A stretch of DNA of 64,000 nt, taken from contig NC_043016.1 in the NCBI RefSeq assembly GCF_006345805.1, positions 31,124,001-31,188,000 on the forward strand, read 5' to 3'. The translations under genes and the position numbers were made by a program. The notes below the pieces were generated by a model, which saw only the letters and a program-made list of their open reading frames with translations, made no database searches and was not told the origin of the DNA. Of the stretch, positions 36,085 through 46,286 are shown piece by piece. This DNA comes from Octopus sinensis (Eukaryota). Positions within the stretch are counted from its first letter, which is position 1, and each line of letters opens with the position of its first letter.

Positions 36085-36540
36085 TATATATTTGTTAAAA
36101 ATGAAGTTCAAAAATGCTGCTGTATTATACAATTTTTAATTTTTATATATACATTATAACATGTTTCAGTTCCTGAAATGAACCTTATCAAAAAAAGTTA
36201 TATATAAAAAAAGACAGCTCATGCCGTCAAACACAAGAAATTCATTTATAATACACAATGGAGTCAGACATCTTAGAGTTCATGTATAGTTGATATATAG
36301 TTCATGTATAGTTGATATATAGTTTGAAGTATATGTTCAAAGTGTTCGATGCAGTGGCCCACGGTGGCGATACGTATTCAATACAAAAAACAGATCAAAG
36401 TGGTGGAAAGTGGTCAATACAGAAGATTGATGTTTCCGAAAGAGCGAGGAATTCATTTTTACCTTAAGCAATTGTGATGAGCCATGGTGGAAGTTCGCTG
36501 GGTGGTTCTAGTGAGTTTTTGTGAAATGCTCGGTTTTATA
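36085..36540 (-). repeat. 3' pseudo-LTR of the PLE
   Basis: Direct repeat of 40877-41330 with only a few differences. Confidence 0.9.
36158..36191 (-). ncRNA. Variant hammerhead-like core (U3-A8) in the pseudo-LTR; second copy at 40950-40983
   Basis: - strand UUGAUAA-GGUUC-auuucag-GAACU-GAAA-caug-UU; AACATGTT palindrome; flanks can form a long AU-rich imperfect stem I. Confidence 0.4.
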
Positions 36541-36997
36541 ATGCCTGTTAGGTGGTCAATCTAGCGTAGCGTGACGTCATCAATGTTTTGACCAATCGTT
36601 TCGTTAGGTGGCTTTAATCAAGTAGAACGGGACGTCATCATTATTTTGACCAATCGCTGCATTATAACTCCCTCTTGTTTGTTTCCTGTTTTGACCAGTC
36701 GCTTCGTTAGTCAAGTAGAACGGGACGTCATCATTATTTTGACCAATCGCTGCATTATATCTGCCTCTTGTTTGTCTCCTGTTTTGACCAGTCGCTTCGT
36801 TAGTCAAGCAGAGCGGGACGTCATCCAGATTCTGCCCAATCACGACTTATAGCTACATTAGATCTGCTCCCTGTCTGTACTTGTTAGGTGACTATTCAAG
36901 CAGAAAAGGACGTCATCAATATTCTGACTAATGACTGTCCCCTGTTTGTATCCTGTCCATTCTAGCAGAGCTAGACGTCATCAACTTGTTGACCAAT
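36534..36997 (-). promoter_or_regulatory. Putative PLE promoter: six GACGTCA/CCAAT modules upstream of TATAAAA
   Basis: GACGTCA at 36573, 36631, 36724, 36817, 36909 and 36974, each followed 19 bp later by CCAAT (CTAAT in one); TATAAAA on - at 36540-36534. Confidence 0.6.
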
Positions 36998-37166
36998 CAA
37001 AATCGGGTCTGACCCTTAGCTGTATCGTATGTATCAGGGTCAGATTTGCACGAAAGAATTTTTTTCCTTTTTTACTAAGGCATATTTCCATCAGAGTGAG
37101 TGTCTGTTTGAAGCAGCGGCCGTGGTGGAACCCCGCTTCTCCCTTTCGGAGGACTTATCTTTTGTT

Positions 37167-37697
37167 TTAGTATTCCTGGCCCAGGGTGTTTAAACTTGGT
37201 CTAAATTTTTTTATGAAATATAGTTCTTTGTTTTGGCGTTGTGTGAAGGTTGCGTTGTCACTGAATTTATAGAGCGAGTTAGTTGTAAATTTCGGATTTA
37301 CATTTCCAGCACATCTATCTATGTGTCCGCTGACCGGTATTTTGCGGTAATCAGGGTTTCTAATTTGTGATTTATGCACCGCCATCCTGTTACGTAAGCT
37401 ATTTTTTGTATGGCCTATATACTGCCTATTGCAGCCTGCGCATGTTATGACGTAAATTAAGTTTTCTGATGCGCAGGTGAAGTTTGTTCTAATGGTGAAC
37501 TGGTGGCCTTGTTCCAGTATAAATTCTGATCCTTCTTTCAAGATGACACAGATTCCGCAGTTGGGCCTTCCACATTTTCTAACTGCTGGTTTTGTGGTTG
37601 ATGTTGAGTGCAGTGTAGCTTGGGTTAAAATCCTTTTCAAGGATTTTGGTTGCCGTTTACTTTTAATGATGGTGTGTGTTTCGAGGATCCGGTTCAT
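37167..37697 (-). CDS. PLE GIY-YIG endonuclease domain (frameshifted from the RT)
   Basis: KCGRPNCGIC, NLIYVITCAGCNRQYIGHT...RMAVH, VSGHI, RQNKELYFI...PSLN; a one-base loss at ...GDPR*/MNRIL separates it from the RT. Confidence 0.9.
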   Translation of the reverse strand: MNRILETHTIIKSKRQPKSLKRILTQATLHSTSTTKPAVRKCGRPNCGICVILKEGSEFILEQGHQFTIRTNFTCASENLIYVITCAGCNRQYIGHTKNSLRNRMAVHKSQIRNPDYRKIPVSGHIDRCAGNVNPKFTTNSLYKFSDNATFTQRQNKELYFIKKFRPSLNTLGQEY

Positions 37698-39460
37698 CTT
37701 GGGTCTCCCTTTAGTAGGGCTGTGCTTTGTAGTATGGTGTTGAAGGCCTCATTGTTGAGTGGGTTGTGTGTAGAGATGTAGGGAAGGGTTTTTAATTGTT
37801 CTTTCTTTTTTGGTTTTGTTTGTCTCAGGTCTTCTATACTTAATTTAAGTACTCGTTGGATTGCACTGTCTATTAGGGGCTGTGGATAGTTTCTATTTGT
37901 GAGTGTGGTTCTAAGTTCCTGGAGACGTGTGTGTCGGGTGTTTGTGTCTGATATTATGGTGCAAATCCTTCTAGCTAAACAAAAAGGGACATTCATTCTA
38001 GTGTGTCGTGGGTGGCATGAATCAAAGGGTAGGTACTGTTTAGAGTCTGTTGGTTTATAGTAGATATCTGTCTCTATTTTGTTGCCGGTTTTCTTAATGA
38101 GGATGTCTAAAAATGGTAATTCTTTTTCGTTGTGGTCCATCGTGAATTGTATATTGTCATTTATTCCATTTAATAGAATTTTAAATTCCTCAAGTTTCTC
38201 TATGCCTTTGTCCCAGATGATGAAACAGTCATCGAGGTATCTTTTCCAGTTGTTATGGATATAGGTGGCGAAGGTGTTTCCATATTTCTCGAGTGTCATC
38301 CGGTATAGTATTTTCTTGAGGTATCCCATCACCTGGTTGGCAAAAGATGGTGCAGTACGCGTGCCCATCGCTGTTCCCGATCTTTGCCTGTAGAAATCAT
38401 TGTCAAAAATAAAATAATTGTTCTCTAAAATGAATCTAAGTCCTTCTATTATAAGGTCTTTGTTTATGCGAGTTGGGAGTTCAAAGGGGTAGTTATTCAG
38501 CCAGAAGGTGATCGCTTCTATTCCTAGGTTGTGAGGGATGTTAGAATAAAGATTAACTACGTCGAATGATACTAGAAGGGTTTTCTCATTGACTGTTTTA
38601 GGGAGGTGGTTGAGCATATCTATATCGTCTCTTACGTAGCTTTTGATGTGTTTTAGGAAAGGTTTAAGAAGTGTGTCTAAGAAATTGCTGAGGCGGTGAG
38701 TTTCACATGCTGGCCCTGCTATTATCGGTCTTAGTTTAAGATCATTTGGTGAAGGGATTTTGATGAGTGTGTCGGTGGATGTTTTGCACGTTTCTCTAAT
38801 GGTTTGGCTTTTGTGTACCTTAGGGATACCATAGAACAAACTCGATTTGCATTTGAAGTTAGTGATGTATTCATACTCCTTGTTCGTGAGTCCTTCTTGG
38901 TATGTGTTGATTAATGTCCTAAGGTTATGCATTATTTTTTGCTGGTTATACTGTTGGGCCCTTTCATAATACGTTTCATCTCTTAATAGGGATAGCACTA
39001 AATTTTTATAATTGTTTGTATTCATTATTACTATCGCGTTGCCCTTATCTGCCTCCTTAATTGTTATTGTTTTGTCTTCTCTTAGTTTGATGAGGTCGTT
39101 CCATTCTCTTTTGTTGAAGTTAGGGCTGTGTTTTTGTTTCTTGATGAATTGAAACGGGAAATTAGTTATGTAGTCACAATAGCGGTCTAAGGCTTTATTC
39201 TTACCTTTGGTGGGGGTGTAATTGCTCTTGTTTCTAGCTATTGAGTCCTCCTCTATTTGTTTGTCTTGAAATGCCTCGGTGAGTCTTAGTTTTCTGCAAA
39301 ATTCCGAAATATCTTTCATTTCATAATAATTAGAACGTTGTGGGGTGGGTGTAAATTTAAGTCCTTTGGAGAGTATGCTTATTTCGTTAGGTGTAAGTTC
39401 TTTGTTTGAGAGATTGATTATCTTAATTACCTGAGGTTTCTTTTGTTTGTCCTTTGCCAT
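37694..39460 (-). CDS. PLE reverse transcriptase
   Basis: IINLSNKELT..EISILSKGLKF.PTP, IKEADKGNA, FYGIPKVHK, LRPII, SFDVVNLYSNIPH, GTAMGT, WKRYLDDCFIIW, LPFLDI, YYKPTD, SCHP. Confidence 0.92.
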   Translation of the reverse strand: MAKDKQKKPQVIKIINLSNKELTPNEISILSKGLKFTPTPQRSNYYEMKDISEFCRKLRLTEAFQDKQIEEDSIARNKSNYTPTKGKNKALDRYCDYITNFPFQFIKKQKHSPNFNKREWNDLIKLREDKTITIKEADKGNAIVIMNTNNYKNLVLSLLRDETYYERAQQYNQQKIMHNLRTLINTYQEGLTNKEYEYITNFKCKSSLFYGIPKVHKSQTIRETCKTSTDTLIKIPSPNDLKLRPIIAGPACETHRLSNFLDTLLKPFLKHIKSYVRDDIDMLNHLPKTVNEKTLLVSFDVVNLYSNIPHNLGIEAITFWLNNYPFELPTRINKDLIIEGLRFILENNYFIFDNDFYRQRSGTAMGTRTAPSFANQVMGYLKKILYRMTLEKYGNTFATYIHNNWKRYLDDCFIIWDKGIEKLEEFKILLNGINDNIQFTMDHNEKELPFLDILIKKTGNKIETDIYYKPTDSKQYLPFDSCHPRHTRMNVPFCLARRICTIISDTNTRHTRLQELRTTLTNRNYPQPLIDSAIQRVLKLSIEDLRQTKPKKKEQLKTLPYISTHNPLNNEAFNTILQSTALLKGDPR

Positions 39461-40817
39461 CGTGTGTCCTTGTTCCTGTGTGTGGGGTCTAAAAAATGGT
39501 TGGTGTAGTTATGTTCAAAGCTATTATTTATCTGTCTCATGTTGTTATAATTGTCAGAGTGAGTTTGTGGTGCTCTGTTCTGGAGTCTGTTGTTGAACCT
39601 AGTGTTACGTCTTAGTTCCTCAGGTATATTGTGTTGGTAGTTGTTTCCTCCGTAGTGCATTTGTTGTTTGTTATGGTTGTATGGTTGGTTCCTGGGGTGG
39701 ATGTTTGGTAGTAGCGTTTTGGTTTGGTTATGTGGGTTGTATTTTATAGTATTGTATGTTGTGGCTCTTAGGTTCGTGGAATGGTGTGGTGGGACCCTAT
39801 AAGTGTTTTGGGGTTGGTGTAGATAGTGTGGGGTGCGTTTTAAATGCATTTTTCTGGTGTAGAGTGTGTTTGGATTTCTTGGTGGTTGTTCTGCTCTGTT
39901 GGTATGTCTATTTTCGAACTGGTGTGGTGGGCCTCTGTAGGTGTTTTGGGGTTGGTGTAGGTAGTGTGGGGTGTGTTTTAGGTGTACTTTTCTGGTGTAG
40001 AGTGTGGTAGGATTTCTTGGTGGTTGTTCCGTTCTATTGGTATTTGGTTTTGATTTGCTTAATTTTATGAAGGGGTTGTTGGATATGTGTTCATTTTTGA
40101 AGTTGGTTTCATAATCTAGAAACCAGACGGCGCTCTTTTCCCATCGTTGGAGGGACTTAAGTTCCTCTTTTTCACATTCTTCATTCCATAGTGCTGGTAA
40201 TGTTTCAGTATTGTTGTCGTCTATTAGTTTGATGACTTCTTCGTTGATTTCCTCGTCTATGGTTTTTACTTTTTCTTCATTCGTTTTAGCTCTCAGCTTA
40301 AGTAGTTCTATTTCCATCTTCATTTTTTCTAATGACGTTTTTTCTCTAAGTTTTCTTTGTTTTCCGAGATGGGTTTGATTTGTAATTTACGGGGTATGAC
40401 TAGGGGTGTTGAGTCTAGCCATTTTTGGTAAATCTCTGCTTTATTCTGATTTTGTATCATTTTCCAAAAAGCGAATTTTCTGTTTCGCTGTAGTGTTCTC
40501 CATTGGGGGAGGACTTGGTTCTTTATTTGTAATGTTGAAGTTGCTCGGTTCTTCTCATGTGTTCCTTCTTTTTGTTGCTCTTGTTTCGTAAAGTTTGTGA
40601 AGAATGTCGTCATTGTATCGCATAGATTTTCAACTTTCTCGAATATTTCGGAGGGTGTTTTATTGGATTCGGTTTCCTCGTTAGTTTGTGTAGAAGGTCG
40701 AGGCGTTAAGTTGAGTTTGTTTAACACTGCTGTTAGGTTTGAATTTATGCTTTTCAATTCTTTCAGTATCTCTTCATTTATTGAGGAGATGTCATTGGTG
40801 TCTTTTTTAGCAGGCAT
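39427..40817 (-). CDS. PLE upstream ORF1 (coiled-coil-like N-terminus, H/P/N/T-rich C-terminus), split by one frameshift near 40325
   Basis: ORFs 40329-40817 (162 aa) and 39427-40323 (298 aa) abut across an A-run; both lie inside the pseudo-LTRs. Confidence 0.65.
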
Positions 40818-40876
40818 TTTCGGGAGCTCGTACGTGATATGATATTTATAATAGGATTAGCTCGTATACGAGTCGG

Positions 40877-41330
40877 TATATATTTGTAAAAAATGAAGTT
40901 CGAAAATGCTGCTGTATTATACAATTTTTAATTTTTATATATACATTATAACATGTTTCAGTTCCTGAAATGAACCTTATCAAAAAAGTTATATATAAAA
41001 AAAGACAGCTCATGCCGTCAAACACAAGAAATTCATTTATAATACACAACGGAGTCAGACATCTTAGAGTTCATGTATAGTTGATATATAGTTCATGTAT
41101 AGTTGATATATAGTTTGAAGTATATGTTCAAGTGTTCGATACAGTGGCCCACGGTGGCGATACGTATTCAATACAAAAAACAGATCAAAGTGGTGGAAAG
41201 TGGTCAATACAGAAGATTGATGTTTCCGAAAGAGCGAGGAATTCATTTTTACCTTAAGCAATTGTGATGAGCCATGGTGGAAGTTCGCTGGGTGGTTCTA
41301 GTGAGTTTTTGTGAAATGCTCGGTTTTATA
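40877..41330 (-). repeat. 5' pseudo-LTR of the PLE
   Basis: Direct repeat of 36085-36540; the outer end merges into (TA)n at 41327-41344. Confidence 0.9.
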
Positions 41331-41879
41331 TATATATATATATACACACATACATATGCACTCAAACACCTACATGTATACACACACACACACACACACA
41401 TACACGCACGTACACACATATACATATATATATATATGGGCATGCATCATTCATCCTGTCGGTTCACACCTCTGCATATATAGACACATACAAGTACACA
41501 CTCATACTCTCATTTCTATACACACTTGTAAAGAACTTAGTGAGTGTGTGAATATCTTCTCTTGCACTTTTAGGGGGTGCGAGAGGCAATCACTATTCGT
41601 TGCTTTAATAATCCAGAATTCTACCAGTCAGAAACAACAAGACGCAGACGTAAAAGATATATATACTACTTTATTCTCTAATGTGGTAACAGTAACAATA
41701 AGTGGTTATCTGGTATCCCTTTGGTATAAATGTGTCAGTGCTGAACCTTATCGCTGTAAAATAAGAAAGTGTTCAAATGCAAAACGACACTGGTCAAAGA
41801 TGTGGTCTGCAACAATTTGGTTAAAGGCCTTTTGGTAAAGCTGCTGCTAGAATCAAGTTCGGACAGAGAGAAAATATTT

Positions 41880-42090
41880 CACGTCCTACTCCCTCAGTCG
41901 CTGCTGTCTCAAGTCGCCGCTGACTGCTGCTAGTGGTCAAACGTTCTACGACCCCCTTGCCTCGCTAACTGCCACGTAGGCAAAAGGGTTCTTCCGGTGG
42001 TTCGCGCATGCGCGAGAGGGCCCTTCCTGTGGTGAAAGCACCGATTCGCATGCGCGAAACAGAAATGGACGGTGCGCGCGCGCACCGTTA
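41880..42090. promoter_or_regulatory. CpG-rich housekeeping-type promoter / TSS region
   Basis: Unique CpG-dense island with ETS-like CTTCCGGT (41991), NRF1-like CGCATGCG twice (TCGCGCATGCGCGA 42002-42015; 42045-42058) and a perfect 20-bp palindrome at 42069-42088. Confidence 0.6.
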
Positions 42091-42297
42091 TAGGATCACT
42101 ACAATCTCTCTATCTTGTCCCTCTCTATTATTTATCTCTCTGTCTTGTAAACAGGATGCCGCTAGTTTTCTATTTGTCTTAGACGATGCATTTTCTATAT
42201 TCCTCCTTTATTTCAGGGTTGTCCTTTTCTCCCAAATTCCCTTAAAAATTTCGGCTTTCAGCTCTTGGCACACGCTTTTCGACATTTGATGTTTCGC

Positions 42298-42420
42298 CCC
42301 TCCACCAAAACTGGAAGTCAGTACCTCTCTTCAAAAACCGGTCATACCTCCCTCCACCAAAACCGGAAGTTAGTACCTCCCTCCGATCCCCTCCACCAAA
42401 ACCGGAAGTTAGTATCTCAG
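42298..42420 (+). repeat. Short imperfect tandem repeat containing CCGGAAGT
   Basis: Three copies of CCCTCCACCAAAAC(C/T)GGAAGT(T/C)AGTA. Confidence 0.7.
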
Positions 42421-42644
42421 TCTTACTTGTGCATCCCCTCCCGCGGACACTCACCCACAACCCTATTGTAGGACTTATTCGATCATATAGCGCAAAAAAA
42501 CCGTGTAGTGTATGCAGGTTATAGTCTGGTGTTTCTAATGTTTCTTTATGAAATCTGCCAATTGCTGTCCCTCATCCCAGGGTCCCGCAGGCCCACACCT
42601 CCCACACCCTCAGAGTTCGTACATTGAAAGGTAGGTCTGGTGAG

Positions 42645-42744
42645 NNNNNNNNNNNNNNNNNNNNNNNNNNNNNNNNNNNNNNNNNNNNNNNNNNNNNNNN
42701 NNNNNNNNNNNNNNNNNNNNNNNNNNNNNNNNNNNNNNNNNNNN
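42645..42744. other. Assembly gap (100 N)
   Basis: Run of exactly 100 N, probably a placeholder of unknown size. Confidence 1.
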
Positions 42745-44190
42745 GGGACTGGATATGCACAGCCATACAGATGCAAGAGAAGTGCTATGAGCAGAATAGG
42801 ATCTTGTCCAGGTATTCATTGATTTAACAAAGGCCTTTTTTACTATGAATAGAGCCTTGCTATGGAAAATACTTGGCAAACTTGGATGTTCGGATTACTT
42901 TGTATCTATAATTAAATCATTTCATGATAGGATGGAGGCTTGGGTCAATGTTTTTGATGACATGGCAGGACCCATTCCTGTAGAGAATGGTGCCAAGCAG
43001 GGTGACATTCTTGCCCAAACTCTCTTTTCTTTGTACTTTGCTGCTGCTTTTACTCATGGTTTTGCTAAGGTTAGCTCTCTGGGAATATATGTTAGGTATC
43101 AATCTTCTGATCGACTCTTTAATCTGTGCCAATTTGCTGCCAATTAAAAAGTTTTCCAGTCTCTTATTCATCACCTCCTTTGTGCAGATGACTGTGATTT
43201 AGTCACTCATACAGTTGGATGACATGCAAATACTTATGAATCATATTTCTGCTTTTTGTAAGGCATTTGGACTCATCGTTAGCCTGGACAAACCTGTTGT
43301 ATGTTCCAAACCTGCACCAGGAAATCCAATGTGAAACCAGCTATCTTCTTGTTGCAGGAACAATACTGAAAGTTGTAAACAATTTGTCTACCTCTCTCAG
43401 CCTCTCTTGCTCCATGAATGATGAAATATCTTAGGCTGCAGAGAGCAACTGTTCCTGCCAGTCTCTTGAGTCTCATGTCTGGTCCCCAGCATGGCATCAC
43501 AAAGCAACAAATATTGCTGTTCTGTGCATGTGTATTGACATTGCTCCTTTACCCATGTGAGACATGGACCCTTTACAACATCATGTAAGGGTCCTTGAAC
43601 GCCTTTGTCAGAGAGGTCTAAGACACATTCTGGATGTTTGCTGGGCCTTAAAAGTCCAGACATACAGGTCCTGAGGATAGCTGATATCTGTGTATTGAGG
43701 TGATGGTGCACAAGCAGCAGTTACGTTGGAACTGGCTCCTTATTAGAATGAAGGATAGCAGGATCCTTAAACAGATGCTATATGAGGAACTTGTTAATGG
43801 AAAGAGACCCTGGCAGAAACCAAGGCTGTGATTTAAGGACTGTGTCAAGTGCTCATTAAAAGACTGTGATATGCAGGAGACTGACTGGGAGAGCAATGCC
43901 TGTCATCGCCACAGATGGAGGGAGCAGGTAAAGGAGGAGATTGACACCATTGAGTGAGCATGTATTCTGCATGAAGAACTTAAGCATGCTGCTTGAAAGT
44001 GCACTGTTGGTGTAGGGAATGAGGAAAGCTTGGTCTGCAATGTTTGCAGTCGTGTACACTTGTCAAGAGCAGGGGTCATTAGCCACCAACGGAGCCGCAA
44101 ATGCAAAATATAAGTTAGTCCTAGAGTGCATAATATTCCTGAAGGTCAGCAATGGTGTTCCTCGATCACGAGTGGATGGCCATCATGTAT
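42745..44190 (+). pseudogene. RTE (BovB/Expander-like) LINE, RT to 3' end
   Basis: IQEKCYEQN, FIDLTKAF, LWKILGKLGC, GAKQGDILAQTLFSLYF, ADD, KQMLYEEL.NGKRP..KPRL, terminal CNVC...SHQR. Confidence 0.85.
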
Positions 44191-44243
44191 GTATGTGAGA
44201 GTGTGATTATATGTAATGTGGTTCTGTGTATGTTTGTATATGT

Positions 44244-44490
44244 GGAGGTATGTAGTTTAGTGGATATGGTGTCGCACGATCATAAGATTGTAGTTTCGAT
44301 TCCTGGACCAGGCGATGTGTTGTGCTTAGAGCAAAACATTTCATTTTACATTACTCCAGTTCACTCAGCTGGCAAAAGTGAGTAATCCTGTGACGGACTG
44401 GCATCCCATCCAGAGGAGGGACATATGTGCCACAGAATCCAGGATATCAGCCTTATGAGCTTATGGCTCAGGAAGGACCTTTGACCCTTT
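44244..44490 (+). mobile_element. tRNA-derived SINE with a V-domain-like block
   Basis: A/B-box-like head (GTAGTTTAGTGG...GTTTCGATTCC) and GTGACGGACTGGCATCCCATCCAG resembling the V-SINE domain. Confidence 0.45.
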
Positions 44491-44508
44491 GATGTGAGTG
44501 TGTGTGTA

Positions 44509-44553
<45 letters not shown>

Positions 44554-44555
<2 letters not shown>

Positions 44556-44750
44556 GGCTGGCCAGATTGGAGCAATCTCAAGAATAATCAGCCCAAATTG
44601 CGAGGATAATCTGGTGCTTGACTGAGGAAAGAACCTTCGATGGACCCGTCCTTGTTTTCTCTGTATCGTCTACCTGGATGTTTTGTTGTCCCTTTTTTTG
44701 CATCACCTAGCTGTCCAGATATTTTGTGTTCTAGTCCCATTTTATTTTAT
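44554..44750 (+). mobile_element. Unclassified repeat fragment between two (TA)n runs (inverted homolog at 29525-29740)
   Basis: Shared GACCCGTCCTTGTTTT and CTGG.TGTTTTGTTGTC blocks. Confidence 0.4.
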
Positions 44751-44782
<32 letters not shown>

Positions 44783-45005
44783 ATATATTAATAACAAAGT
44801 AAACAGTGGGCTAAAAGTTCATGCAACCAAACATTTGGCATTTTATTTTATATTTTTAATTTACTTTATTCATCATGTACATGTACATGTGTAGTCATCA
44901 TTATTTTATTTATTTTGTTCAATTTTAGAGAAAATTGAAGGATGTCTTTGACAATTCTGGAGTGTATTTAACTTATTCTGTGCATGACTTTTGACCCACC
45001 CTGTA

Positions 45006-45423
45006 TACTCTTACTCTTTACTATTTTGCTTGTTTCAGTCATTTAACTGTAGCCATGCTGGAGCACTGCCTTTAGTCGAGCAAATCAACCCCAGGACTTA
45101 TTCTTTGTAAGCCTAGTACTTATTATATCGGTCTCTTTTGCTGAACCACTAAGTTACAGGGACGTAAACACACCAGCATCGGTTGTCAAGCGATGTTGGG
45201 GGGGACAAACACAGACACACAAACACACACACACACATATATATATGTATACATATATACAATGGGCTTCTTTCAGTTTTCGTCTACCAAATCCACTCAC
45301 AAGGCTTTGGTTGGCCCGAGGCTATAGTAGAAGACACTTGCCCAAGGTGCCACGCAGGGGGACTGGACCTGGAACCATGTGGTTTGTAAGCAAGCTACTT
45401 ACCACACGGCCACTCCTACACCT
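45006..45423 (-). mobile_element. SINE family A, full length
   Basis: High similarity to 16902-17307. Confidence 0.85.
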
Positions 45424-46016
45424 ATATTCAGTAAGTACAATTGAAATCGCATTGAACTAAAAATCACCGTTTATGTATCACATTAAATGTATATATACCA
45501 TTGAAAGACATAATGCTGAGGTCTTTGTCTGAGAGAAAAATCTCTTCATAGACATGGTGTATTAAAAACAGACATTTAGTAGAATGAGATAAACATCATT
45601 GCATCAATGACTAACAGGAACAGCAGGCACATTTCACCCTAGATGGTGTTTGTCAGTGCCATGCAAAATATTTGCTGCCTGCTAAGATGAAACTCATGAT
45701 TTGATATATAAGAAACAAGGAAATAATGTATTCACTGGTATTGCAGAAAACTTGTCAGGTTGTAAAGCACTTAGTCATTGCAAGTGAAACACCATTAAAT
45801 CAAAATTGGTATCTGTGTATCATATTAAATTTATATACATCATCGAAAGACATGACTGTATGTTGTTTAGGTTTTGGGGATCTGAGGGAAAAATCTATGC
45901 ATAGACATGTTTTAGAAACACATTACAAAATAACGTCAGTGACAAATGAGTGCATGGCTTTGACGAAACCCCGTAGATGGATGAAACATGTCATGTACTT
46001 GTGAATCACTGCTGCA

Positions 46017-46251
46017 ACTTGCTTCAGTCACTAGATTGTGGCCATGTTGGGGCACTAACTTGAAGGGTTTTAGTCAAATAAATTGACCCTGGAAATTATT
46101 GTGTATTTTAAGCCTGATACTTATCTTATCAGTTTCTTTTGCTGAGTTGCTAAGTTATGGGGATGTAAACACACCAACACTGGTTGTCAAATGGTGGTGG
46201 TAGACAAACACAGATACACACATGCACTCACACATACATGGACACATAGAT

Positions 46252-46286
<35 letters not shown>

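Larger units (their letters stand above)
36085..41330 (-). mobile_element. Near-complete Penelope-like retroelement, Neptune-type, with direct pseudo-LTRs
   Basis: ~455-bp near-identical direct repeats at both ends; RT and GIY-YIG ORFs with a C-x4-C-x2-C linker; both ends lie in (TA)n. Confidence 0.9.

Noticed and set aside
36565-37000. CRISPR-like array
   Set aside because: Eukaryotic context; the sequences between motifs are homologous to each other rather than unique spacers; no cas genes.
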